From the NCBI GenBank assembly GCA_039817025.1, contig JBCBWQ010000001.1, positions 25,422-89,421 on the forward strand: DNA of 64,000 nucleotides, written 5' to 3'. The position numbers were made by a program, and so were the translations under genes. The DNA is from Pseudomonadota bacterium (lineage in GTDB: Bacteria > Pseudomonadota > Alphaproteobacteria > Caulobacterales > Hyphomonadaceae). Shown here piece by piece: positions 1 to 8,227 of this stretch (the first letter of the stretch is position 1; each line of letters opens with the position of its first letter). The notes below the pieces were generated by a model. The model saw only the letters and a list, made by a program, of their open reading frames with translations, did no database searches and was not told where the DNA came from.

Positions 1-1344
1 GGCAAGGCGCGCCGCAGAAATATTGATAGATAGCTTTGGCAAATTAAAACCTGTCGCATCGAGTTTTTGAATCTCCTTGCCAAGTGCTTCAAACACTATT
101 GAATCAATTTTGTCCTCAATTCCAATTTTTCCAGCCACATCTAGAAAATCAGCGGGTAAGAGCAGTCCCCTTTTTGGATGTTGCCATCTGACAAGAACCT
201 CAGCGCAAGCGATCATCCCGGTTTTTGCATCAATAATTGCTTGAAAATACGGAACAAACTCTCGCCTATCACAAGCATCCAATAGTTCGGTTGCTAGCCT
301 TTTAGTGGCATTTGCGTCAGCATGCATCTCCGATGTAAAGTATGACCATCGACCTCGCCCGTTTGCCTTTGCGTGATAAAGAGCCGCGTCGGCGTCCGCC
401 ATGATCTGTTCCGGAGTTGGCATGTCCTTTGTTGCAATCGCAACGCCAACGCTAGCACTTCGAGAGATACCTCGTCCCTCAAAGGAGAACTTCTTCGCTA
501 ACTCTGATATGATTGAGTCTGCGAGGCCACTGATGTTGAGCGCGCTCGTCCCAAGAGGCTTCAGAACCACAAATTCATCGCCTCCAAGCCTTGCAACAGT
601 ATCATTGCTGTCACTTAAGTGCCGAAGTGTTTTGGCGACAGATATGAGAAGCGCATCTCCAGCTTCATGTCCAAGCGTGTCATTTACCGACTTGAAACGG
701 TCTAGATCAACGAAGATCACTGCAAACTCTTCACCCCTTTTTCGAAGCGATGCCAAATAGTCATTTAGCTCGAGTTCAAGGTGCCGGCGATTTGACAGAC
801 CAGTTAATGGATCTTGGTTCGACTCCTGCGATACAATTGTTGCAAGCTCGCGAAGTCGTTTGTTTTCTCTTTCTAGGCGAGCGATTTCATTTTCAAAGTT
901 TTCTTGAGAGTCTAGGTTTGCTACTCTAGGACAACCTGACATTTCGAGTGAGGCGCCGGTTTCTGGATGGTCTAATTCTACTAATGAGCAAAGCCACCAT
1001 CGATTTCCACTTAGTGGATCTGAAAGAGGTGCCCAAGTTATCCGAACATATAGCTGTCCACCATCTTTGCGATTTGTCCGAGTGGTTACAGAGAAAGCCT
1101 CCCAACTCATCAGTTTGTCAATTATGAGAAGGTGGGTGGCTTGATCCATGTCACGCCCGATAATTATGGTACCGCGTCGCCCAATTACTTCTTGTACTTC
1201 GAAACCGGTTATCCGAGAAAATGCCAGGTTACACCACTTCAATACCATGACCGCCCCGTCTTGGCTGCTAGCCAATGCGAGTGCCAGACCTTCGGAACTC
1301 TTTAGCGGTACTTGTTCTAAGATAGACTTTGGCGGTGATGACAT
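1..1344 (-). CDS. PAS-GGDEF-EAL c-di-GMP turnover protein (3' end lies beyond the left window edge)
   Basis: Own minus-strand translation from the ATG at 1342-1344. It is absent from the ORF track because no stop lies inside the window. N-terminal PAS-like segment and coiled linker, then EEFAVIFVDLDRFKSVNDTLGHEAGD...RLGGDEFVV (GGDEF), then FVPYFQAIID...AEVLVRWQHP...LLLPADFL (start of EAL). The frame stays open to position 1. Confidence 0.85.
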   Translation of the reverse strand, partial: MSSPPKSILEQVPLKSSEGLALALASSQDGAVMVLKWCNLAFSRITGFEVQEVIGRRGTIIIGRDMDQATHLLIIDKLMSWEAFSVTTRTNRKDGGQLYVRITWAPLSDPLSGNRWWLCSLVELDHPETGASLEMSGCPRVANLDSQENFENEIARLERENKRLRELATIVSQESNQDPLTGLSNRRHLELELNDYLASLRKRGEEFAVIFVDLDRFKSVNDTLGHEAGDALLISVAKTLRHLSDSNDTVARLGGDEFVVLKPLGTSALNISGLADSIISELAKKFSFEGRGISRSASVGVAIATKDMPTPEQIMADADAALYHAKANGRGRWSYFTSEMHADANATKRLATELLDACDRREFVPYFQAIIDAKTGMIACAEVLVRWQHPKRGLLLPADFLDVAGKIGIEDKIDSIVFEALGKEIQKLDATGFNLPKLSINISAARLA

Positions 1345-1853
1345 CTCTTACTCTTTCGGCGGAAATGGATATCGTGCAGTTCTTGGGGGCTTAATATCCA
1401 GCGCGCCCTAACGCGCTTGTCCAGCGTCGGCGGTCACTCTCGCTAATCGGGGCAGAAGGAAATCAGTGCGTGACGATGAATGCACCAAAGCTCCGAGTCC
1501 TACATTGCGGCGCACCCGTGCCCAATAATTAGTTCGGACAGACCGATTTATTGCATCGGTTTTTGTAGTCTTTTGCGCAAGCGTGAACGTCATTTCCCAA
1601 CCTTAGGTAGGCTCTACAACTGTCTAGGTTAGCTGTATTATGTCAACGGATGGGCTATTTTGTGACGCTGCCATCTTGGTTTAGTGAGTAGCTAGCTAGC
1701 CGAATTAGCAGCACCATGATTGACTAGCTACAGACCCATTTCCAGACTTATCAAATAGGAGAACACTTTGTCTGACGTCAGCACCAATGGGACAGTTTAG
1801 GCCGATTTGATACGAGAGGGTTTCTGGCACATCGTAACCACCAAGGAGTAGAG

Positions 1854-2198
1854 ATGAGACAGAAACCCGGAACGCGAAAGAACCACGGTGAGAAAGTCGT
1901 CAAAGACATCCGCCGCGCGAACCGCAAGCAGTATTCGGCCGAAGAGAAGATCAGGATCGTGCTGGACGGCCTGAAGGGCGAGGACAGCATTGCGGAACTG
2001 TGCCGCCGCGAAGGCATCGCTCCGAGCCTATATTACAGGTGGTCCAAGGAGTTCCTCGAAGCTGGAAAGAAGCGCCTGGCGGGCGACACGGCGCGTGCAG
2101 CGACCTCGACCGAGGTCAAAGTGATTTCCCCCCGACATCTGGGCCATTGCGAACTGGAATTTTCCATCTTTGAATGGACTAAGGAGGAAGACTCATGA
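1854..2198 (+). pseudogene. IS3-family transposase OrfA fragment, interrupted
   Basis: KQYSAEEKIRIVLDGLKGEDSIAELCRREGIAPSLYYRWSKEFLEAGKKRLAGDTAR is a typical IS3 OrfA HTH/leucine-zipper N-terminus. Similarity is lost after about aa 90, where the next IS begins. Confidence 0.7.
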
Positions 2199-2497
2199 AG
2201 CGGAAGCGTTTCACAGAAGAACAGATCATAGATGTGCTGAAGGAGGACGGAGGGGTCGCGAAGGCTGACGACATCTGTCTGCGGCACGGCATCAGCTCGG
2301 CGACGTTCTACAGCTGGCGGAACAAGTACGGCGGCCGGGATGCGTTTGAGGCCAAGCGGCAACGCGAGTTGGAGATCGGGAACGCCAAGCTCAAGCGGAT
2401 CGTCGCAGACCAGATTCTGGACATGTCGTCGATGAAGGAACTGCTGGCAAAAAACTGGCGATACTCATTGTCAAGCGCTAAGCTGCGGCCTTGTTAA
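2195..2497 (+). CDS. IS3-family (IS407-like) transposase OrfA
   Basis: MKRKRFTEEQIIDVLKE...ICLRHGISSATFYSWRNKYGG...LEIGNAKLKRIVADQ. It is a close paralog of the OrfA at 4304. Confidence 0.8.
   Translation: MKRKRFTEEQIIDVLKEDGGVAKADDICLRHGISSATFYSWRNKYGGRDAFEAKRQRELEIGNAKLKRIVADQILDMSSMKELLAKNWRYSLSSAKLRPC
2449..2455 (+). other. A AAA AAC slippery run, candidate -1 frameshift site of the IS3-type OrfA/OrfB
   Basis: An A6C run lies at the very end of OrfA, where the OrfB frame (2491..) takes over. IS3-family elements classically frameshift on A6G/A6C. Confidence 0.4.
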
Positions 2498-2694
2498 TGA
2501 GCGAGGTGGGCCAGAGCGAACGCAGGGCCTGCCGGATCGTCAGGCCAGCGCGGTCAGTGCAGCAGTATCAGCCGCTGTTCAAGTATGACGCAGCAGCGAT
2601 CAAGCGCCTGAAAGAACCGGCATCTGAGAACCGGTGCTATGGCTATCTTCGGTTGCCCGCGATGCTGCGCCGCGAAGGTCTGGTTGTGAACTAA
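2491..2694 (+). pseudogene. IS3-family OrfB N-terminal stub (67 aa)
   Basis: SERRACRIVRPARSVQQYQP...NRCYGYLRLPAMLRREGLVVN matches the OrfB N-terminal region, then stops. The DDE core is missing. Confidence 0.7.
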
Positions 2695-3085
2695 AAGCCA
2701 GAGTAAGCTTTGTGACTGGCGTGCTGGCCTTGTCATCCTTAGGGACGGGCCGTTCCCCGCTGGGAAGTTTTGTTTGCTTCCTGCGACGAACCGTTGCTGT
2801 CCCTGGCACGTCGTAACACGAAGTGTTAAAACCAAGCGACCAGAGCAATTCACCTTCCGCCATGATTGAGTCAACTGGTGGCCCCGACCTAGTGCCCATG
2901 GAGCCTGTGTGTATGGGTCAGCTCAAGGATCACAGTTAGAGATCATCTTCCTGACAATCTTTCTTCCGACGTTTGCCTCAATGAGCGCAACACACACTAT
3001 TCGGTGCAGAGTCGGCGTGCCAGTATCTCAAACTCAGTACTCACAAGTGGAGCACCAATGGGAAGAGCAAGAGTAAGGACGAGGC

Positions 3086-3421
3086 ATGAGATGGCGAACG
3101 CAAAGGTGGGTCGTTGATTTTCCGACCAAGGTCCTGTCCAAGGAGGATCCTCACTCGCTAACTGTTTCCTCGGTGAGCAGTTCAGGTGCTAGGCTGGATG
3201 GTGATCACGACCTTGAGGAAGGCGACCAGATACGCATTAGTTGCTTGACAGATCAGATACATGCGACCGTTGTTTGGGTGAAAGACGGCACATGCGGGAT
3301 CAAATTCTCGCGCCCAATTGGGCAAAAGCATCTTGCAGTCTTTCGTAGGCCGGGGGGCAGAGGCTTGACTGTTTGGGCACGTACTCCGCCGTCAAGCCTC
3401 CACGGGTTTCGCGAATTGTAG
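3086..3421 (+). CDS. Small stand-alone PilZ-like protein (degenerate c-di-GMP motifs)
   Basis: 111 aa. TVSSVSSSGARLDGD...GDQIRISC...IHATVVWVKDGTCGIKF fits the PilZ beta-barrel pattern. SxSxxG replaces (D/N)xSxxG, and RWRTQR replaces a clean RxxxR. Confidence 0.6.
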   Translation: MRWRTQRWVVDFPTKVLSKEDPHSLTVSSVSSSGARLDGDHDLEEGDQIRISCLTDQIHATVVWVKDGTCGIKFSRPIGQKHLAVFRRPGGRGLTVWARTPPSSLHGFREL

Positions 3422-3499
3422 CAAGAGCTGTTTAATGCCGATAGTGCATTACGTTCCGTGCACGCATAAACACAGGTACCTGTCTTTCAACCTGGCCTG

Positions 3500-3606
3500 C
3501 GCAATGCCCGCCCTTTGATCGTGGGATGGCGCGACGACTACAGTGCTCGCCGTACTGCGTCTGGCTTCGAAGGGCTCACCTCACGAGAGTATCACCAATG
3601 GTCATA
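3500..3606 (+). pseudogene. IS3-family OrfB C-terminal fragment
   Basis: Own translation gives RNARPLIVGWRDDYSARRTASGFEGLTSREYHQWS*. This is the conserved ...AWRxDYNxxRPHSSLGxxTPxE... tail of IS3 OrfB in degraded form. Confidence 0.6.
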
Positions 3607-3935
3607 AGAAGACCAACCCCCATGGGAACTAATCAATAAGAGCAAACTCCAAGGGGAGCCAGCCAGTGGGCACTCGAGGCCGCCGGGGACGTATTCTGTT
3701 TTCCGCATTTAATTTAACCTAGGCTCCAAATTCTGGTTGGCTTCGCAAAGGCACTGGATCACAATGATTATGTGGGGTCTCGTCAGAGGCTGGATATAGG
3801 CATTTGAGCCTTTTTTCTGCCTTGTTGCGGTACGTAGTGGGTGTGGGCGTTCGCCTCAGCCTCTCCTGTAGGTACTTTGTGTGACGTGCACGGTTCGTGT
3901 TTTCACCGAGGATGCTGGGCTCAACGTAATTCGGG

Positions 3936-4277
3936 TTGGGTTCCTCGGAAAAAGGGGAAAATATCAATATGGATTGCGGCACTGGCTGCGAGGAGTCGAC
4001 GACGGATCTAGACAAAGCTCTGGGGGGATTGTCGGACAACCACCGAAAGCTATTTCATGCGCTTTTTAAAGGGTCTGGCGAAACAGAAGGACTCCTGACG
4101 ATCGACACGATCGACCTTTTTGTGGCGCTGAAAAAGGATGCTCGACTTCTAAGCCTTATCGAACTGGCGATGAGTATCGACAGCGATGACCTGGACCAAC
4201 TTGTCTTTACGGCCGAGGATTACTACGCTCAGGCGGTGGTGACCTGCTCCCCTGAAGAGTCCGGTGTTTTGAATTAG
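3936..4277 (+). CDS. Small protein paralogous to the C-terminal domain of PraR-like XRE regulators, without HTH
   Basis: DLFVALKKDARLLSLIELAMSIDSDDLDQLVFTAEDYY aligns with EFVAHAISDPVVLSLMEIAAALGSEERDQLLFFAEDLQ of the ORF at 13411..13626. The start is uncertain, and the stop abuts the truncated IS left end. Confidence 0.5.
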   Translation: MGSSEKGENINMDCGTGCEESTTDLDKALGGLSDNHRKLFHALFKGSGETEGLLTIDTIDLFVALKKDARLLSLIELAMSIDSDDLDQLVFTAEDYYAQAVVTCSPEESGVLN

Positions 4278-4303
4278 CCTGTTCTCCAACAAGGAGACAG
4301 ACG

Positions 4304-4642
4304 ATGAAGAGAAGCCGTTTTAGCGAAGAACAGATCATTGGCATGCTGAAGGAGCATCAAGCTGGGCTGGGCGCGAAGGAGCTGTGCCGCAAGCACGGGA
4401 TCAGCGATGCGACATTCTACAAATGGCGATCGAAGTACGGCGGCATGAAGGTGTTCGATGCTCGGCGATTGAAGACGCTGGAATCTGAGAACGCCAAACT
4501 GAAGAAGATGCTGGCTGAGCAGATGATGGACGTGGCGACTGACCTCGAACGCGATGTTGAAGTGGCAGGAGGACCGCCAAGTCGGCTGGCACTAGCTCGC
4601 GCCCGGAAAGCCCATGCAGAACGGTCTGGTCGAGAGCTTCAT
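4304..4642 (+). pseudogene. IS407-like OrfA fused to the distal part of OrfB (internal deletion)
   Basis: MKRSRFSEEQIIGMLKEHQAG...KHGISDATFYKWRSKYGG...ENAKLKKMLAEQMMD, then similarity is lost. A shifted frame reads APGKPMQNGLVESF. Confidence 0.75.
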
Positions 4643-4647
4643 GTATA

Positions 4648-4658
4648 GACGGCCCCGC
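4648..4658. repeat. Left subterminal inverted repeat GACGGCCCCGC of the IS110 element
   Basis: It is the exact reverse complement of 5967-5977. Confidence 0.7.
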
Positions 4659-4903
4659 GGGCGCAAGTGTTTTGATCGCGATCGTCATCGGCGGGTGCGT
4701 TCATGTATTCGGCCTGTTCATGCAGCCTTTACATGACTGCTGGCCCTGATGATGTCCGCGGATCGAGGCCTCATCAACGGGACGCGCTTTGGTGCGCCTA
4801 AAGCTCTCCGGGCTTTCTCGATCCTCAGCTCTGCCGATTTGCCATCACGCTTTCATTGCACTTGTGCCATCTCGTTTTATCGCAGTTGATTTGACCTTCG
4901 TGG

Positions 4904-5917
4904 TTATGCTGTGCGGAACACCTCGCCAGTTGTCAGCATTGCCCAAATGGTCCGCGCCAACTTGTTTGCGACGGCAACGGCAACGACCATGGGTCTGCGT
5001 CGTTCGAGCATTGCTTCGATCCATGGGCCATCAACGCGTGAACGCGCCTTTGGATAGCGCACCACCGTTCGCGCCCCCAAAACGAGCAGGTGGCGGAGGT
5101 ATCGATCACCTTGCATGGTGATGCCACCGAGCCTGTTCTTACCGCCCGACGAGTTCTGTCGCGGCGTCAGGCCAAGCCAGGCGGCAAACTCGCGGCCAGA
5201 TCGAAAGGCCGACGGGTCCGGGACTGTGGCCGCGAAGGCCGTTGCTGTGATTGGCCCGATCCCTGGTATGGTCGAAAGCAAGCGGCAGATCGCATTGGTC
5301 TCGTGGATCTCAGCCAACCGGGCGTCGATCCCATCGATCTGCCGGTTAAGCGCATCCAGTTGTCCAACGAGCGCGTCCAAAGCGAAGCACGCATCCTCTG
5401 GCAGGTCTTCTCGTATCTCGTCCAGCTTTGCGACAAGAGTATCGACGCGATGTCTGCCCTGCGCGACGATAACTCCGTACTCGGCCAAGTGCGCTCGGAA
5501 CGCACAAGCCGCCATGGTGCGTTGCCGAACCAAAAGGCCTCTTGCCCGATGAAGCATCAGAAAGGCCTGATCCTCGCGTGACTTGACCGGGACAAAGCGC
5601 ATGTTTGGCCGAGTTACTGCTTCAAAGATGGCGGCGGCATCAGCGGCGTCGTTTTTCGCCCCGCGCCGAACATACGGTTTGACGTAGCCGGGAGGAATGA
5701 GGCGCACGTCATGTCCAAGCCGTTGTAGCTGGCGCGCCCAATTGTGGGCAGTCGCACAGGCCTCGATGCCGATCAGGCAAGCGGATGAGGCCTCAAAGAA
5801 CGGTGGCAACTCGCGGCGCGTCAGCCTCCTGCTATCAATCGTACATCCAGATGCATCGACGACATGGACATGGAAAACGCTTTTGGCGAGGTCGAGGCCA
5901 ACGGTGGCAGGGGTCAT
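4904..5917 (-). CDS. IS110-family transposase (DEDD type)
   Basis: MTPATVGLDLAKSVFHVHVVDA...IGIEACATAHNWAR...NDAADAAAI...LSTIPGIGPITATAF...GREFAAWLGLTPRQNSSGGK. The preferred start is the ATG at 5917, preceded by AAGGAG. The 406-aa track ORF over-extends upstream. Confidence 0.9.
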   Translation of the reverse strand: MTPATVGLDLAKSVFHVHVVDASGCTIDSRRLTRRELPPFFEASSACLIGIEACATAHNWARQLQRLGHDVRLIPPGYVKPYVRRGAKNDAADAAAIFEAVTRPNMRFVPVKSREDQAFLMLHRARGLLVRQRTMAACAFRAHLAEYGVIVAQGRHRVDTLVAKLDEIREDLPEDACFALDALVGQLDALNRQIDGIDARLAEIHETNAICRLLSTIPGIGPITATAFAATVPDPSAFRSGREFAAWLGLTPRQNSSGGKNRLGGITMQGDRYLRHLLVLGARTVVRYPKARSRVDGPWIEAMLERRRPMVVAVAVANKLARTIWAMLTTGEVFRTA

Positions 5918-5966
5918 GGTAAGCTCCTTTTGCAACGTGGGACCACCATACGGTCCCTTCTCAGCA

Positions 5967-5977
5967 GCGGGGCCGTC
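5967..5977. repeat. Right subterminal inverted repeat (GCGGGGCCGTC) of the IS110 element
   Basis: It is the exact reverse complement of 4648-4658. Confidence 0.7.
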
Positions 5978-5983
5978 TTCCCC

Positions 5984-6181
5984 ATCAACGGACGGATGCG
6001 CGAGGAATGCCTGAACGAACACCTGTTCCCGTCTCTGCGCCATGCCTGCCGCATGATTGCGGCATGGCGCGCCGACTACAATCAAAACCGGCCTCACTTC
6101 AGTCTCGCTGGCCGGACGCCACACGAATATGCTAACCGGTCAAAGGACCACCAAAACCTGAACAGAGCTAACCTTAGTTAG
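5984..6181 (+). pseudogene. Remainder of the IS407-like OrfB C-terminus
   Basis: INGRMREECLNEHLFPSLRHACRMIAAWRADYNQNRPHFSLAGRTPHEYA. Confidence 0.8.
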
Positions 6182-6205
6182 CGGACTCAACGGGGAGTAG
6201 GTCAC

Positions 6206-7225
6206 CTAGATTCCGTTCTGGCGACCAGGCAGTGCGATCTGATCTTCAGCCCGCAATAGCCGTGTTTGGATTCTTGGTTTTCTTGGAGTGACGGGAACGG
6301 TTGGCGCATTGTTGGTCTCTCGCTCCGGCGTCGTCGAAGGATTGGTGCCGTGATGTTCGTAGTGAGATCTGAATACCCCTGTTACGCGCTTTACGGGCCC
6401 GATATTTATCGCGATCTTGTCCAAGACAAATCGAAGCGACATTTCCGCCTCAGGACTGGATCTGTGGATCGTTTCAGCAAGTCTACTTAAATCGAATTTG
6501 GTCTGACCTGAAAATGCGCAAATGAATATTCCATTACCACTATATGTCAGTCTCGATTTACCGTCATGAAAATGCTCAATTATTTTTCGTGCGACAAACT
6601 GCAGTATCTCAAGGAAAACATCTGGGGTCACTTTAGGGAAAATGGTCTCTGCATTCGAAATCTCGATGGCAACAATTCGCATGCTAAATCGCTCTGGTTT
6701 AGACATCGCCTCAAAGTATGCGTCGAATTTACTTCGGCTAAGACAGTTTCGCACACCGCCGATCCTTACTTTATCCGCGAAGGTCAGTTTTTGAAAAGAC
6801 GGGTCTGTATCCAAGGGAGTCTGTAGCGGATGCGAAGCGCTTTGATTGGTGCTTTTCGCCGTATTTGCTTGAGAAGTTCTGCCCAAGATCTGGTCTGGAA
6901 CATCCTCACGCAAGAGATTTCGTTCTGCCCCGAGTTGATGAGCCGTCTTGAAAAGATCAGCGCTCTTTCCCGCATCGATTGTCCATAGCTTCGTCTCGGA
7001 AAATTGAGGAGACTTGCCAACAGTGTTGCACACAATCAAGCCAGATGAATTCGGCAGCCCCAGATCGACGAGCACGTGAGAGGCGCCGTACTCTTGATCA
7101 CCCAATACAGCCAAAGCTGCTCCTGCATCCGACACCGACGTAAATTCAATTGTTGGCATGGACGCAAGGATTTCCCTGCATGAGCTTGTGATCTTCTGAT
7201 CAGCACTTACAAGAAGCAACTTCAT
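6206..7225 (-). CDS. Receiver domain plus degenerate GGDEF-like domain protein
   Basis: MKLLLVSADQ...HVLVDLGLPNSSG is receiver-like. A S/T/P-rich linker follows. The GGDEF-fold region (RNCLSRSKFDAYFEAM...VAIEISNAE...LTYSGNGIFICAF) has SGNGI in place of GGDEF. The stop codon lies 2 nt from the IS3 right terminus. Confidence 0.6.
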   Translation of the reverse strand: MKLLLVSADQKITSSCREILASMPTIEFTSVSDAGAALAVLGDQEYGASHVLVDLGLPNSSGLIVCNTVGKSPQFSETKLWTIDAGKSADLFKTAHQLGAERNLLREDVPDQILGRTSQANTAKSTNQSASHPLQTPLDTDPSFQKLTFADKVRIGGVRNCLSRSKFDAYFEAMSKPERFSMRIVAIEISNAETIFPKVTPDVFLEILQFVARKIIEHFHDGKSRLTYSGNGIFICAFSGQTKFDLSRLAETIHRSSPEAEMSLRFVLDKIAINIGPVKRVTGVFRSHYEHHGTNPSTTPERETNNAPTVPVTPRKPRIQTRLLRAEDQIALPGRQNGI

Positions 7226-7559
7226 AGCACCCGTCCATGGTTTCCCAACACAACGGACATTGCTGCAACATAGGCCAGAAAGCGGCAAGAATTGGGAAAT
7301 GTTTGTCGAGCTCTCTTTCTTACACCTTGTACCACTTGCGTGAGCCCCGTGTTACGAGCCTTGCGCAGCTGTACAAAACGCTCTTAGACATCTAGCAGCC
7401 CCAACAGACTCTGCACTACAGAAGACCTTTCCGAGTGCGAGTTTTTCTAGCTTCTCCGGGGCAATCCAACGGTCCGCCTTTGTAAATCATTGGGCCAGCA
7501 AGGGTCTGACAAGTATTGCTTTTTATTTCCGGCTTTGAACCGGTCTGCACGTGTTTCTA

Positions 7560-7829
7560 CTATGCCGCAAGCGGGATTTCGATTGGCGTGCCGATAGCAG
7601 CGTGCTCGCCAAGGAAGCTCTTCAAGTCGTCGCCCTGAATGCCGGTCTCTTCGAAGTCGCGCAGCTGTTCGGCCAGCCGCAAAAATGAAGCATAGGGCAT
7701 CGACTCGAGCTGCGCACGCATTGCCAAGACTGTTGGGTCATTGCGACGAATGCGGGTCGTAGGGCGCTTTGGTTGAATGCTGGTTTGGCACTGCATTGAA
7801 TTACTCCGTATACCGTTTACACACCTCAC
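7560..7829 (-). CDS. Hypothetical small protein
   Basis: ORF only, with no recognisable motif and an alternative start at 7796. Confidence 0.25.
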   Translation of the reverse strand: MRCVNGIRSNSMQCQTSIQPKRPTTRIRRNDPTVLAMRAQLESMPYASFLRLAEQLRDFEETGIQGDDLKSFLGEHAAIGTPIEIPLAA

Positions 7830-8227
7830 TAATAGGCGCGAACTCGTTCGCTTGTTGGACCCAACTGCGGCGCTTTCGAGGTATGTTGACTATGTCTGAC
7901 GGATGGTCCCGGCCCGCCCTATTTCGCACGCTTTAAATCATGCCCCATTTGAGCTTCTTTCGGCGATGACCGGTGATCTTCGGCGATAAGGCATCTACGA
8001 TGTTGGGTTCTTCTGGCCGGTCACGTTCGGACTGAGCAAAAATACTTGTGAGCGGCCTTTTAAGGGTCGCGGCTTGCCGCTATCTGCGTGGTTTAACGGC
8101 AGCTGCATCTTCGCCGCCGCGATTGGATGACGACGAAACATCCTATCGTCGCCCCGCCGTTAGGGTCAGGACCCATTTACTTCCGATAGTCGCCGTGACC
8201 CACGGCTCAAAAGAACAAGCGGTAAAC

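Larger units (their letters stand above)
1854..2694 (+). mobile_element. Nested, truncated IS3-family remnants (two unrelated OrfA genes and one OrfB stub)
   Basis: Two consecutive HTH OrfA-type ORFs with different sequences are followed by only 67 aa of an OrfB. No complete DDE region is present. Confidence 0.75.
4643..5985 (-). mobile_element. IS110-family insertion sequence (about 1.34 kb) inserted in the IS3 OrfB
   Basis: The flanks rejoin to the continuous OrfB reading ...VESF(I)NGRMREECLN. It has 11-bp perfect subterminal inverted repeats and a single transposase ORF with a strong SD. Confidence 0.8.
4290..6204 (+). mobile_element. IS3-family (IS407-like) element remnant with internal deletion, carrying an IS110 insertion
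   Basis: The OrfA at 4304 is fused by deletion to the OrfB tail (PGKPMQNGLVESF at 4600-4642), which resumes as INGRMREECLNEHLF...AWRADYNQNRPHFSLAGRTP at 5984-6181. The right terminus ...GGGGAGTAGGTCA ends at 6204. The left terminus looks truncated. Confidence 0.75.

Noticed and set aside
1408-1593. A 61-aa minus-strand ORF just upstream of the left PAS-GGDEF-EAL gene.
   Set aside because: It has no motif and a basic, low-complexity sequence, and it lies in a probable promoter region. The evidence is insufficient to call it a gene.
4789-5581. Plus-strand ORFs of 110-163 aa inside the IS110 element, and the 406-aa long form of the transposase ORF (to 6124).
   Set aside because: The plus-strand ORFs are antisense to the transposase. 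The long form reads through the IS boundary into IS3 DNA. The ATG at 5917, with its AAGGAG SD and the conserved MTP..VGLDLAK N-terminus, is the credible start.
8048-8227. The N-terminal 60 aa of the 120-aa track ORF preceding the IS5 transposase similarity.
   Set aside because: Similarity to IS5/IS427 transposases begins only at 8228 (IFDLCWLTDAQM). The upstream part is read-through of non-coding or IS-terminal DNA.
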